From an uncultured Candidatus Binatia bacterium (GTDB lineage: Bacteria; Desulfobacterota; Binatia; UBA9968; CAXXLF01), in assembly GCA_965218425.1 (NCBI GenBank), contig OZ244621.1, positions 3,136,001-3,200,000 on the forward strand: a stretch of 64,000 bases of DNA, in the 5' to 3' direction. The notes under the pieces were generated by a model. The model saw nothing but the letters and a program-made list of their open reading frames with translations, was not told where the DNA came from and searched no databases. The translations under genes were made by a program, and so were the position numbers. Within the stretch, counting starts at the first letter, position 1. The number at the start of each line of letters is the position of its first letter. This document shows, piece after piece, positions 52,301-62,495 of the stretch.

Positions 52301-52455
52301 TAGCTATCAGTCATCAGCTTTCAGCCATAAGCCAGGCAACGGGGGTCAACCGCAACAATGCCGTAGGCAAGGCGGATCAATGGGCATATTTTCATAGGAC
52401 CCATCAAAACAAGAGTAGAAGCGCAGGGCTGACGAGCAGGAGATGACAGCTAACT
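52301..52455. repeat. AGCTATC-type heptamer-stutter hairpin between divergent gatC and rnhB
   Basis: TAGCTATCAGTCATCAGCTTTCAGCC ... GGCTGACGAGCAGGAGATGACAGCTA. Confidence 0.65.
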
Positions 52456-52513
52456 GGGCAATCGTATTATTTTATTTACAGCTCTGCTTGCTTTGGGATA
52501 AATTTGGATTTCT

Positions 52514-53329
52514 ATGAATGGTCGGCAGGGATCGCTCACGCCAGGACTGGCGCCTGGAGTGCAACAGGGTGAGTTGGAGGAGGAAGGGTTCTCACTCGGG
52601 TTCAAGTACGTAGCCGGTCTGGATGAGGTGGGTAGAGGTCCCCTGGCAGGACCGGTCGTGGCAGCGGCTGTCATTTTCCCGCGTGGGTTCGTTCATCCAG
52701 ACATCACGGACTCCAAGCTTCTAACCCCGAAGAAGCGAGAGGCGTTGGTCCCTTTGATTCAGGAAAGCGCCCTGGCCTGGGGAGTGGGTTCGGCCGAACC
52801 CCATGAGATTGACCGGATCAACATTTTGCAGGCGAGCCTTTTGGCCATGGCCCGTGCCCTTCTACAAATGGTGTTGGAACCGGACTATCTCTTAATAGAC
52901 GGTATCCACACGATCCCTCATTCGTATCTTGTCCCATCGGCGGCCGGTGATTCCCAAATCTCAAAGGCAAATCGCAGGTCTCCAATGAGCAGGGCATCGA
53001 GTAAACAAAGCATGACGATGAGGGCGCCATGCCAAAAGACGGTGAAACACGGCGACGGGCTCTGTCTTTCCATCGCCGCGGCCTCAATCCTAGCGAAAGT
53101 AACGCGCGACGGGTTAATGGCCGAATATGACCTTCACTACCCCGAGTACGGTTTCGCAGGGCACAAGGGCTATGGTTGTGCCTCGCACCTGCGCGCGATA
53201 CAACAATACGGGCCGTCTCCCATACATCGTAAAAGCTTCAGGCCGGTTCGAGAGAGCCTGGTGCCACAGCGGTCTGACCGGCAGTCAACACTCTCCTTAG
53301 ATCCCTCTAGGAAAACCACTAAAGACTAA
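52514..53329 (+). CDS. rnhB: Ribonuclease HII (with a ~30-aa insertion)
   Basis: GLDEVGRGPLAGPV, DSK, IAAASILAKVTRD and HKGY motifs. Confidence 0.96.
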   Translation: MNGRQGSLTPGLAPGVQQGELEEEGFSLGFKYVAGLDEVGRGPLAGPVVAAAVIFPRGFVHPDITDSKLLTPKKREALVPLIQESALAWGVGSAEPHEIDRINILQASLLAMARALLQMVLEPDYLLIDGIHTIPHSYLVPSAAGDSQISKANRRSPMSRASSKQSMTMRAPCQKTVKHGDGLCLSIAAASILAKVTRDGLMAEYDLHYPEYGFAGHKGYGCASHLRAIQQYGPSPIHRKSFRPVRESLVPQRSDRQSTLSLDPSRKTTKD

Positions 53330-53341
53330 TCCGTACTGAAT

Positions 53342-53707
53342 ATGGAAGGACAGAAACAGATTCTGGGGAGAGAAGGGGAAGGGATTGCGGAGCGCTATCT
53401 TAAAAAACAAGGGTTCAAGCTACTGGAGCGGAACTACCGTTGTCCCGTGGGGGAATTGGACCTGGTGGCCCTGGACCGTAAGGTTCTAGTTTTCGTGGAG
53501 GTTAAGACCCGAATCAGCGACAGCTCGGGGGCACCCTTGGAGGCGGTGGATCGGCGCAAGCAGCGGCAGATCATAAAAACGGCCCTCTATTTTCTCAGTC
53601 AAAAACGGCTCCACGATCGAGACGCCAGGTTCGATGTCATTGGCGTCTCCATGGAGGGGGGAAAGCCTGTGGTGGAGCATATTCGGAATGCATTTGAAGT
53701 TGGTTAA
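53342..53707 (+). CDS. yraN: YraN/UPF0102 family endonuclease
   Basis: GELDLVA, FVEVKTR and RFDV motifs. Confidence 0.95.
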   Translation: MEGQKQILGREGEGIAERYLKKQGFKLLERNYRCPVGELDLVALDRKVLVFVEVKTRISDSSGAPLEAVDRRKQRQIIKTALYFLSQKRLHDRDARFDVIGVSMEGGKPVVEHIRNAFEVG

Positions 53708-53910
53708 TCGTTGAGCCGTTGCCGATTACTTCCTAGCCAGTTGCCTCAATTTCCTTGTTCCTAAAAAGTTTTTGGCATCACATTCGGTTCTCGCATTGGA
53801 ATGGGTCCTAATCTGACATTCGCAATTATGCGAATAACGATTTACTATGAGATGAACGAGCGGCCAATATGCCATTGGCGAATATACGAATGAACGATTA
53901 ACGAGTAGGA
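53704..53910. repeat. CGAATAA-type stutter inverted repeat upstream of serS
   Basis: TTAATCGTTGAGCCGTTGCCG ... CGAATAACGATTTA ... CGAATATACGAATGAACGATTAACGA. Confidence 0.65.
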
Positions 53911-53911
53911 C

Positions 53912-55180
53912 ATGTTAGACGCGAAACTCTTGCGCGAGCAATTGGACCTGGTGAAGGAACGCGTCGGATCCAGAGGCGCGACTTTCAATTGGGAAGAGTT
54001 GACGGAAGTGGACCGAAGGCGTAGGAGGATCCTCGCTGAAACGGAAAAGCTCAAAGAAAAGAAGAACCGATTGTCCGGGGAGATCGGCAAAATCAAGAAA
54101 TCGGGTGGGGATGCCGGTACGCTTATGGCTGAGAACGAGGGGCTTTCGAATGCCATTCGCAAACTGGCAAGGCCTTTGGCGGAGATCGAAAAACGGTTTG
54201 AGGATCTCATGCTCGTGGTACCCAATGTGCCCCATGAATCCGTTCCCAGGGGAGCCGATGCGCGAGACAATCCGGAGGTCAGGCGGTGGGGTGATCCGCC
54301 GAAAATAGAATTTAAGCCGAAAAACCATTGGGAAATCGGAGAGGAACTGGAAATCCTCGACTTTACTCGTGCGGCAAAAATTACAGGTGCCCGGTTTGCC
54401 CTCTACCGGGGCCAAGGCGCCCAACTGGAGCGGGCCTTGATCAATTTCATGCTCGATTTTCACATCCAGCGAGGCTACACAGAAGTCATTCCTCCCTTTC
54501 TGGTAAATCGGGATTCGGTACTCGGGACGGCTCAGCTTCCCAAGTTCGAGGCCGAACTGTTTCGAACACTGGACCCCGAGCTGTATTTGATTCCGACTGC
54601 TGAAGTGCCTCTGACAAACATCCATCGCGGGGAGATTTTAAGCAAGCAGGACCTGCCCATCTGCTCGGTTGCCTACACTCCGTGTTTCCGAAGAGAAGCG
54701 GGATCCTATGGCCAGGACGTACGGGGGCTGATTCGTCTGCATCAGTTCAACAAGGTGGAGTTAGTAAAAATCACCGAGCAACAAACGTCCTACGACGAAC
54801 TGGAAAAGTTAACCGCCGATGCGGAGGAAATCCTCCGGCAACTGGGTCTGCACTATCGCGTGGTGGAACTCTGCACGGGAGATCTGGGCTTTGCCGCAGC
54901 AAAGACCTACGATCTCGAGGTCTGGCTGCCGGGGCAGGAGACCTTTCGAGAAATCAGTTCCTGCTCCAACTTTGAAGACTTTCAGGCGCGACGTGCCGGC
55001 ATCCGCTTTCGTTCGGATAAGAAGGCAAGACCGGCTTTTGTGCACACCCTCAACGGCTCAGGATTGGCGGTGGGAAGGACTTTGGTGGCGGTCTTGGAAA
55101 ACTACCAGCAGAAAGATGGAAGCGTCACGGTTCCGGAGGTCCTTCGCCCCTATATAATGGGTCTCAAACAAATCGGCTGA
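53912..55180 (+). CDS. serS: Serine--tRNA ligase
   Basis: PTAEV, FRREAG, HQFNKVE, EISSCSN and [12 protein letters not shown] motifs. Confidence 0.98.
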   Translation: MLDAKLLREQLDLVKERVGSRGATFNWEELTEVDRRRRRILAETEKLKEKKNRLSGEIGKIKKSGGDAGTLMAENEGLSNAIRKLARPLAEIEKRFEDLMLVVPNVPHESVPRGADARDNPEVRRWGDPPKIEFKPKNHWEIGEELEILDFTRAAKITGARFALYRGQGAQLERALINFMLDFHIQRGYTEVIPPFLVNRDSVLGTAQLPKFEAELFRTLDPELYLIPTAEVPLTNIHRGEILSKQDLPICSVAYTPCFRREAGSYGQDVRGLIRLHQFNKVELVKITEQQTSYDELEKLTADAEEILRQLGLHYRVVELCTGDLGFAAAKTYDLEVWLPGQETFREISSCSNFEDFQARRAGIRFRSDKKARPAFVHTLNGSGLAVGRTLVAVLENYQQKDGSVTVPEVLRPYIMGLKQIG

Positions 55181-55238
55181 CCTGTTCTTTTAATTCCCTC
55201 GTTGATCTACTTTCCCGGCGGTTTCAACCAGGCCTCGG

Positions 55239-55775
55239 CTAATGGGTCATCAGAGATAGCTCGATATCGATATTCTCCTCCCTTTCTACTTCGGCGAAGC
55301 GTGCTTTCAACTCATTGATATTGATGGTGGTGGGAACTGCAATCTGGGCTTCCAACCGAAAGATGGGCGTGCCGCTAACAGGCGCGGCATAGGTTTTGGT
55401 TTCCATGGATTCAATGTTGATGGCAAGACGGCTCAGAATGCTGCTTAGTTTGTGAACCACGCCAGGGTGGTCCATTAAAGAAGCCGTTAGCCGATAGGGG
55501 AGGGAGGCTTCCGGGATCCTCTTGCCGGCGGGTGTCTTGATTGAAATGTTGAGTCCCGTCTGCTCTGCCAGCTTTTCATACCGGTCGCCTATTTCTCTCA
55601 GGTCATCGCCTGCGCCGGAAATTAGAGCGATCAGTGCAAACTCGCCGCAGAATACCGCCATTTTACTATCTTCAATATTGCAGCGGCGCTGTGCGATGAA
55701 TTCCGAGATCTTTTCCACTAGACCGATCCGATCCGGCCCCACGGCAGTCAAGATGCGGTTATCTTTTTCCACCAT
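55239..55775 (-). CDS. gcvR: Double-ACT glycine cleavage repressor-like protein
   Basis: LTAVGPDRIGLV..NIEDS and DHPGVV..INIE ACT repeats. Confidence 0.8.
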   Translation of the reverse strand: MVEKDNRILTAVGPDRIGLVEKISEFIAQRRCNIEDSKMAVFCGEFALIALISGAGDDLREIGDRYEKLAEQTGLNISIKTPAGKRIPEASLPYRLTASLMDHPGVVHKLSSILSRLAINIESMETKTYAAPVSGTPIFRLEAQIAVPTTININELKARFAEVEREENIDIELSLMTH

Positions 55776-56002
55776 AATGGCAACCTCCAATTTGACTGTG
55801 CCCGAACCAATACACAACGTCGTTATTAAGTTTTTAATTAACTCAATTTTCTGGTGATTTACGGAAATTCGTCGCTATTGACATGAGCGCTCTGTTTTAC
55901 TAAAAGCCCGGGCTGGCTTTAGGTGAAATCCTATCCCATATTCCCTATGCCTTCCAGCACCTTTTGATGGTCCAACAGGGATGAGCCCTTGAGAGCATGT
56001 AA

Positions 56003-56384
56003 TATGCTGAAAAGACTATGCAAAATTTTCACCTTTGCGGGAGCAATGGGTTTGACCCTGTTAAGGGTGCAGTCGAACGGGCTGGCTGTCCCTAGCCAAT
56101 TCGCAAAACCCCGGACCCAGGATCGGGGTGCGGTCCAAGGTCTCCTTGACGAGGCAAGGCCCTATTATCGCAAGGGAAAATACGCTGAGGCGAAGCCCTT
56201 GTTGAGGCAGGCCCTTTCCATCCGGGAGAAATCCCTTGGGTCTGAGCACCCAGCGGTTGCGCGGAGCCTCAACGGTCTGGCGGTGATTTACTTTCTCCAG
56301 GGCGGGTACGTCGAAGCCGAACCTCTGGTGAAGCGGGCCAAGGCCATCAAAGCCAAGCACGCCCAAAAATCGCCAACCAAGTAA
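56003..56384 (+). CDS. Short secreted TPR-repeat protein
   Basis: GKYAEAKPLLRQALSIREKSLGSEHPAVARSLNGLA (kinesin-light-chain-type TPR). Confidence 0.75.
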
Positions 56385-56413
56385 GCCATAGCTTAAACGT
56401 GGCTCGATTCAAA

Positions 56414-56721
56414 TTGTTGACCCGTTTGAAGGCCGCGGGAAAAATCTAAAGCGAGAAATCCAGGTCTATCGACTGGTGCTGAAGGATCATCGGACACCTA
56501 GGCTCGCGAAGATGCTTCTCGGGCTTGCCATAGGCTATGCGGTTTTACCCTTCGATATCATTGCGGATTTCATTCCGGTCATCGGCCATTTGGACGATCT
56601 CATCATTGTGCCCGCCCTGATCATTGCAGCGTTAAAGATGATTCCCAGCGAGGTGTTGGAGAATTGCAAGGTCAAGGTCAATTCTCCTGCTGAAGAGTAT
56701 CAGAAAAGATCCGGGTCTTGA
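56414..56721 (+). pseudogene. DUF1232/YkvA membrane protein with a 5' frameshift
   Basis: [17 protein letters not shown] motif; the N-terminus [10 protein letters not shown] is out of frame at the A-run ~56440. Confidence 0.7.
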
Positions 56722-56798
56722 CTCTTGGGTGTCCGTTAGTCGTCCTGGCATTTGAAATCAATTTGACGAAGAGATAATATCTCAATTTTCTTAGCGCT

Positions 56799-57287
56799 AT
56801 GTGTTTTCAAATCATCGACCCAAGACTCCGGCGTAATATCCGTCCTATCTTTTTCAGTCTTTGCTAGCTTTTATATCTTTGCTCCTGCTGCTCTGGCTAG
56901 AGGGCGCTTATCTGGTGAGAACCGTCATTATTGCTGCCATTGGTTCCACCGGATTCGTTCTCTTTGCCCCCCTCACAGCGCTAATGCAGCCCCGCGCCGC
57001 GTGGTTGGCGGTCATTTGATTGGTCTAGTTATCGGATGCGCCCTCGCATTGTTTAACGCCACCTCGGGAGTCCAACGGCTCCTTTACAATGTCCCGTTCC
57101 TCTTCGATGTGGAGGCGGCGCTAGCGGTGGGCCTACTGACACAGAACACGCCCCAGCGGCAGGTGCGGCACTGGCCATGGTGGTCCAGGGTTTTAGCGGG
57201 TCATTGGTTTTCTTCGTTGCTGGCAGTGTAATCGCACTTGCCCCGATTCACGGACTGCTGCGTCCTTACCTCCGTGATCTTCTGTAG
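56799..57287 (+). pseudogene. HPP-family membrane protein with multiple frameshifts
   Basis: Pieces YLFQSLL / AAIGSTGFVLF / PHSANAAPRRVVGGHLIG / TEHAPAAGAAL...LRDLL* lie in different frames. Confidence 0.75.
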
Positions 57288-57413
57288 TTCCTCGGGCCCA
57301 TTAACGTCAATGTGCTGGCTTCGTTCAAGTTTGAATGTCGATGCCATTGAAGTCCGTGGGAACGAGATATATGGAGGAAGATCTGGGTTAAAACGGCTGG
57401 CTCGTACGCTCTC

Positions 57414-57443
57414 TTGACACGGGCAAATGCCGACATATATGCT
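57414..57443 (+). promoter_or_regulatory. Candidate sigma70 promoter for the cupin-cupin-UbiD cluster
   Basis: TTGACA-18 nt-TATGCT. Confidence 0.45.
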
Positions 57444-57463
57444 TCGCCCATAAGGGGGATGCA

Positions 57464-58516
57464 ATGTCGTCTAACGATCTAATTCAAGAACTCAATCGAG
57501 AGGTTCGAGAGAAAAACATGGAAGGGCTCTGGGACGAGGCCTGGGAAGCAAGTGCCAGTGTCCTGACAAAGGATCCCAAGACCCTGGTTTTGCCATGCCT
57601 TTGGAAATGGGACGATATCTACAGAAATATCCAGAAAGCGGGAGACCTTGTTGGACTGGAGGGTAAGGTTGAGAGGCGTACTCTACGATTACTGAATCCC
57701 GGATTGAAAAATCTTGACGGGGCAAGAAGGGCAACCACTCATACGATTCACATGTCGGTTCAGCTTTTAAAGCCGGGCGAGCTGGCAGGGAGCCATCGGC
57801 ATAATTTTGCTGCGTTTCGTTTCGTGATCAAGGGGAAGGGAGCGTACACAGTGGTGGAGGGTGAGAAGTTTGTCATGGAGGAGGGGGACTTGATTCTCAA
57901 TCCACCCATGACCTGGCATGGTCACGGCAATGAAGCCGGCCCCATGGTTTGGTTGGACGGTCTCGATTATCCGTTATTGAATTCGCTTCAGGTCATCACA
58001 TGGGAACCGTTCCCAGGTGACTTTCAACCCATCAAGAAGTCGTCTGAACATTCCATACACAGGGTTGGGATGGTTCGGCCCGTGTGGGGGGATCAGGCTT
58101 CCGGCCCGCTGTGTTACAAGTGGAAAGATACCTATCAGACCTTGAAGAATCTTATGGATACTGAGGGGAGTCCTTTTGATGGTATCGCATTAGAGTACGT
58201 AAACCCCATGACTGGGGGACACACGTTCCCCACCGTCGCTTGCTGGAATCAAATGCTGAGACCGGGAGAGGTGACCAAGACCCATCGACATAACAGCAGT
58301 ACGGTTTATCATGCCTTTAGGGGGAGCGGCACCACCATTATTGATGGGAAGGGATTTGATTGGGAGACAGGGGACTGTTTTGTGGTTCCACTGTGGAGCT
58401 GGCATTCTCATCAGAATCGCTCGAAGGATCAAGAAGCGATCCTCTTCTCCATGAATGACAAGCCGGTAATGGATGCCTTGAAGTTGTATCGGGAGGAGCC
58501 GGGAGAAGGAGCGTGA
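57464..58516 (+). CDS. Gentisate 1,2-dioxygenase-like bicupin
   Basis: ERRTLRLLNPG, HRH..AFRF, WHGH, WLDGLD, YVNPMTG and VVPLWSWH motifs. Confidence 0.88.
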   Translation: MSSNDLIQELNREVREKNMEGLWDEAWEASASVLTKDPKTLVLPCLWKWDDIYRNIQKAGDLVGLEGKVERRTLRLLNPGLKNLDGARRATTHTIHMSVQLLKPGELAGSHRHNFAAFRFVIKGKGAYTVVEGEKFVMEEGDLILNPPMTWHGHGNEAGPMVWLDGLDYPLLNSLQVITWEPFPGDFQPIKKSSEHSIHRVGMVRPVWGDQASGPLCYKWKDTYQTLKNLMDTEGSPFDGIALEYVNPMTGGHTFPTVACWNQMLRPGEVTKTHRHNSSTVYHAFRGSGTTIIDGKGFDWETGDCFVVPLWSWHSHQNRSKDQEAILFSMNDKPVMDALKLYREEPGEGA

Positions 58517-58536
58517 GTTGAGGTGGAGGAGGATTG

Positions 58537-59577
58537 ATGGCATTTTCAGGTCCGGTTTCTAGTGACAGACTTTACCTTGAGCAGGTTCGCTACGGGAAGG
58601 AAGAGCAGAAACGCCGCAAGGAGGGTCCGGTCTTCGTATCTGGTGAAGAGGCTTTTCGGGTGCTGGAAAACGCCAATGGCGTTTACCTTGTGGATCCCCG
58701 AATGGGGTTCAACAATCGAACCCATCGGCTGTTCATCAGTAAGCACCTTCCATCTGAAGCCGAAGAGGGGCAGATGTGGAAGACATTGGGACATCGGCAC
58801 ACGGTGGAAGCGGTGATTCACTGGTTAGCGGGAGAGGGCTACAGTATCATCGATGGGAAGCGTTACGATTGGGAGGCGGGTGACTTCATTTGCGTGCCTA
58901 TGTTCGCCTGGCATCGCCACATCAACACCGGCAACACGCCGGCACTCCATATTGCATCCACAACAGGCCCCCTCTCCATGGAAATCGGGCAGGCCGTCTA
59001 TGAGGACGAACGCTATCCGGAATACTGGATCTATGCCCAACAGGGTGAGGACGCGTTACGTACGCTGCTTCCGGGGGGAGACGCAAGTACGGTGGGCAAT
59101 GCGGTGGGGCGCGAGGCTGATGGCGAGGCAGGCCGGCTCTATGCCGAGCAGGTGGCTTTTGCTTCTACGGAAGAGCAAAAACGTAGAAACAGCAAAGTGC
59201 TGGTGAAGTTGAGCGGGCTTCGTTTCGAGCCTACTGCCATGGGTGCTGTGGCCTACGTGGTGGACAGTCGTATAGGATTTTATGTTAAAGAGCTTGCAAC
59301 GCTAGTGGCCGAGATTCCCAAGGGCAAGCACTCTGGAGCACATCGGCACTTTTATGATGAAATCGACCACGTCTTATCAGGGTCCGGTCATTGCGTTGTG
59401 GATGATAAGAACTATGACATAAAGAAGGGTGACACCCTGGCGATTCCCGTCTTTGCGTGGCACCAGTACTTTAACACCGCAGAGGTGCCGCTTCGGATCC
59501 TGGCCCACAGCACTCGTACCTTGATGGAAAACCTGGGATTCTCTCTCACCCATCAGGGCGAAGTGGCCGACTATTAG
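58537..59577 (+). CDS. Second bicupin protein (dioxygenase-like)
   Basis: Two HRH...G.G...VP.FAWH cupin motifs. Confidence 0.82.
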   Translation: MAFSGPVSSDRLYLEQVRYGKEEQKRRKEGPVFVSGEEAFRVLENANGVYLVDPRMGFNNRTHRLFISKHLPSEAEEGQMWKTLGHRHTVEAVIHWLAGEGYSIIDGKRYDWEAGDFICVPMFAWHRHINTGNTPALHIASTTGPLSMEIGQAVYEDERYPEYWIYAQQGEDALRTLLPGGDASTVGNAVGREADGEAGRLYAEQVAFASTEEQKRRNSKVLVKLSGLRFEPTAMGAVAYVVDSRIGFYVKELATLVAEIPKGKHSGAHRHFYDEIDHVLSGSGHCVVDDKNYDIKKGDTLAIPVFAWHQYFNTAEVPLRILAHSTRTLMENLGFSLTHQGEVADY

Positions 59578-59779
59578 TGTCGCCGCAACAAGCCTGCAGC
59601 ATTCCATTTAAGGGATTTCCCGTTTTGGCCTTGCATTTGTCGTCTTCATGACTCGACGACTCCACCACCGGCCTTTCATGAGGCAATCGAAAGATCACCG
59701 GTGGTATTGGTTGCTCAAGCCGTGAACGCGATCGTCGGAGCGGTAGGATTCATGATCGGTTCAAAAGAAAGGAATCTCC

Positions 59780-61399
59780 ATGGAGTATTTCAAAGACGTG
59801 CGTGAGCATATCGAGGCACTTGGGGCAGAGGGTCTATTGGTTCGGGTCGATCAAGCGATCAACAAGGACACCGAACTGCATCCCCTCGTGCGGCTTCAAT
59901 TCCGCGGCCTTGGGGAAGCCCAACGGAGAGCATTCCTGTTCACCAATGTCAGTGACGTGGCGGGTCGCCATTTCCGTATCCCTGTAAGCGTCGGTCATCT
60001 GGCCGCATCTCGTCGGATTTATGCGTTTGGAATGCGGTGCGCTCCCGACCGGATAGCCCAAAAATGGACCGAAGCGCTGCAAAACACCATAGAGCCGGTG
60101 TGCTTGGATGAGGGAAGCGTCCACGAAGAGGTCTATATGGGCAAAGATTTGGATGATCCTTCCAGGGGGGTCGAGAAATTCCCGATACCCATCTCGACTC
60201 CGGGATTCGACGCGGGGCCCTACATCAGCGCGGGGCACTGGGTTACGAAGGACCCTGACACCGGTATTCGGAATATCGGGACCTACCGAGGAATGGTTAA
60301 ATCTCGAACCCGTCTAGGGATGAATGCCGGTGACAAGCAGCACATTACACGGCACTGGAACAAATGGCAGAGGCTCGGCAAGCCCATGCCCGTTGCCATC
60401 GTCATGGGCGCTCCCCCGAATGTTTCCTATACTTCCGTTGTAAAGATCCCGTACGGCCTAGACGACTATGCGGTGGCTGGGGGCTTGGCTGGAGAGCCCG
60501 TTCAGTTGGTCAAAGCCAAAACGGTGGAAATTGAGGTGCCGGCAAATGCTGAGATTGTCATTGAAGGTTTTTTGAGTACGGAATTCCTGGAGCCCGAGGC
60601 TCCCTTTGGGGAGTACACGGGCTATATGGACCCCCAGCAAATGAACCCTTTTTTTGAGATCACTTGTATCACACACCGCAAAAACCCGTATCTTGTTACG
60701 ATGCTCAGCCAGTTTCCGCCGTCCGAATCCAGCAAGATACGAGCGGTGGGAAGCGAGGGGAACGCGATTTCGTATTTGCGTGGCTTGGGCTTTGAATGCG
60801 TCAGGGATGTTGCCTTCAACGAAGCCAGCGGGAGTTGGGGAATGTGCTGCATCCAGGTGAGCAACCCGAAAAAGGGGGAGGCTTCTCAGATTCTGGAGGC
60901 GTGCGGTGGTTCGTCTGTCATTGGGAGCAAAATAGTCGTCCTAGTGGACGACGATATTGACCCTAGGGATACCGAATCCATCGTCTGGGCCATGAGCTAT
61001 CGGATGCAACCTCACCGTGATACCAAGATCATGCTAACTGATTTATTTATCCCCGATTGGTCCATGTTTCCTCCGGGCGCCGGCGATGCAGGCGGCTTTT
61101 ACGCCGACTCGGAAATGAAAACTTCAAAGTTGCTGATTGACGCCACCCGTAAGTGGCCCTATCCGCCCGTGTCGCTGCCGTCAAAGTCCATCATGGAAAC
61201 GGCAGTTTCTATTTGGAAGGAACTTGGCTTGCCGTCCCTACAACTTCGTACCCCATGGTACGGTTACGAGCTCGGATGGTGGTCCGATGTGGAACGGGAG
61301 GCCGGAAAGCTTGCGGTCCAGGGCCGGTACTTGGAGACCGGTGAAAAAATGCAGCAGGGCCGTGTGCCTGCACTCGCGAGCCACGGCAAAAAAGATTAA
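59780..61399 (+). CDS. UbiD-family (de)carboxylase
   Basis: DAGPYI, NIGTYR, EIVIEG, EAPFGEYTGY, VDDDIDP and IDATRK motifs. Confidence 0.93.
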   Translation: MEYFKDVREHIEALGAEGLLVRVDQAINKDTELHPLVRLQFRGLGEAQRRAFLFTNVSDVAGRHFRIPVSVGHLAASRRIYAFGMRCAPDRIAQKWTEALQNTIEPVCLDEGSVHEEVYMGKDLDDPSRGVEKFPIPISTPGFDAGPYISAGHWVTKDPDTGIRNIGTYRGMVKSRTRLGMNAGDKQHITRHWNKWQRLGKPMPVAIVMGAPPNVSYTSVVKIPYGLDDYAVAGGLAGEPVQLVKAKTVEIEVPANAEIVIEGFLSTEFLEPEAPFGEYTGYMDPQQMNPFFEITCITHRKNPYLVTMLSQFPPSESSKIRAVGSEGNAISYLRGLGFECVRDVAFNEASGSWGMCCIQVSNPKKGEASQILEACGGSSVIGSKIVVLVDDDIDPRDTESIVWAMSYRMQPHRDTKIMLTDLFIPDWSMFPPGAGDAGGFYADSEMKTSKLLIDATRKWPYPPVSLPSKSIMETAVSIWKELGLPSLQLRTPWYGYELGWWSDVEREAGKLAVQGRYLETGEKMQQGRVPALASHGKKD

Positions 61400-61401
61400 G
61401 C

Positions 61402-62495
61402 TATTGATCCTCGTATAATATAATGACATCAGAAAAGGCTGGACTGTTTCCAGAAGGCGGTAACGAGACGAGGCCTGCGGCGCATTCGGCAAAGGGCGCG
61501 ACGAGCATGGTGGCTGAGTTGAGCGAAGTCCTTGGCACAGAAGTTGGGCAGTTCATGATGCTTCCAGTATCCCCAGAGGTATTCGACGGGATTCAGTTCC
61601 GGTGCATAGGCCGGCAACCGTTCCAGCACCAACGCGCCTTCGGTAGCGGCAACAAAGTCCCGAACCAACCGGCTCCGGTGGCTGGGCAGTCCGTCCCACA
61701 CTACCAGCAGCGGCCCGGAAACATGACGCATCAAGTGCTTCAGGAATTCGATGATCTGGGGGCTCTTGATGGCTCCCGGATACACTCGAAAGTACAAGCG
61801 CCACCAGGTGACTCCGGCGATGGCCGACAGACTCTTCCAGTTGAAGTGATATTGCAGCACTGGCGTCTGTCCTCGGGGCGACCACGTACGATACCGATTC
61901 GGCCGCTCGCTCAGCCCGCTTTCGTCCACGAACACTATGGTTCGCCCCTCGTTTCGGGCTTTTTTTTAATCTCCGGCCAGCGCTTCTTCTTCCACTGCCG
62001 GATCGCCTCTTCATCTCGTTCCAAGGCACGTCCCGTCGGCCGCTGGCAACTCCACCCCAACTGCCGCAATATCCGCCAAACATGGCCCGGATGGTATGTG
62101 ACTCCGCAGGCTTCCCCAATCAAGTGGGCCACTCGCCTTGCGGTCCACAGGCTCGTGTCGTACCCCAGCGCTTCGGGTCCCCGTTTCAAACCGCCCTCGA
62201 TCTTCTTCAGATCCGCCGGGCTCAGTCGCGGCTTGCGTCCGGCACGCCCCGCCTGCTTGAGCCCGGCTCTGCCGCTCTCGGCCAACTGCCGCGCCCATCG
62301 ATTCACCGACTGGCGGCGCACTCCCACCCAACGCGCCACCTCCGCCTCCGACAGCCCTCGCTTCAACAGCCTCCCCGCCTCCATCCACCGCCGCTCCAAT
62401 GCTTCAAAGTCCCGTCGCACTCCAAGTGGGTTTCCCATACCACCACTATACATTAAGTTCTTATCCAATGTCATTATATTATGCGGTTCTCAATA
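61402..62495 (-). mobile_element. IS630-family insertion sequence, copy 2 (inverted relative to copy 1)
   Basis: Same TIRs, TA duplication and 1094-bp length; a handful of substitutions versus copy 1. Confidence 0.96.
61429..62438 (-). CDS. IS630 transposase, copy 2 (-1 frameshift)
   Basis: ORFs 61935..62474 and 61429..61935 match copy 1. Confidence 0.92.
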
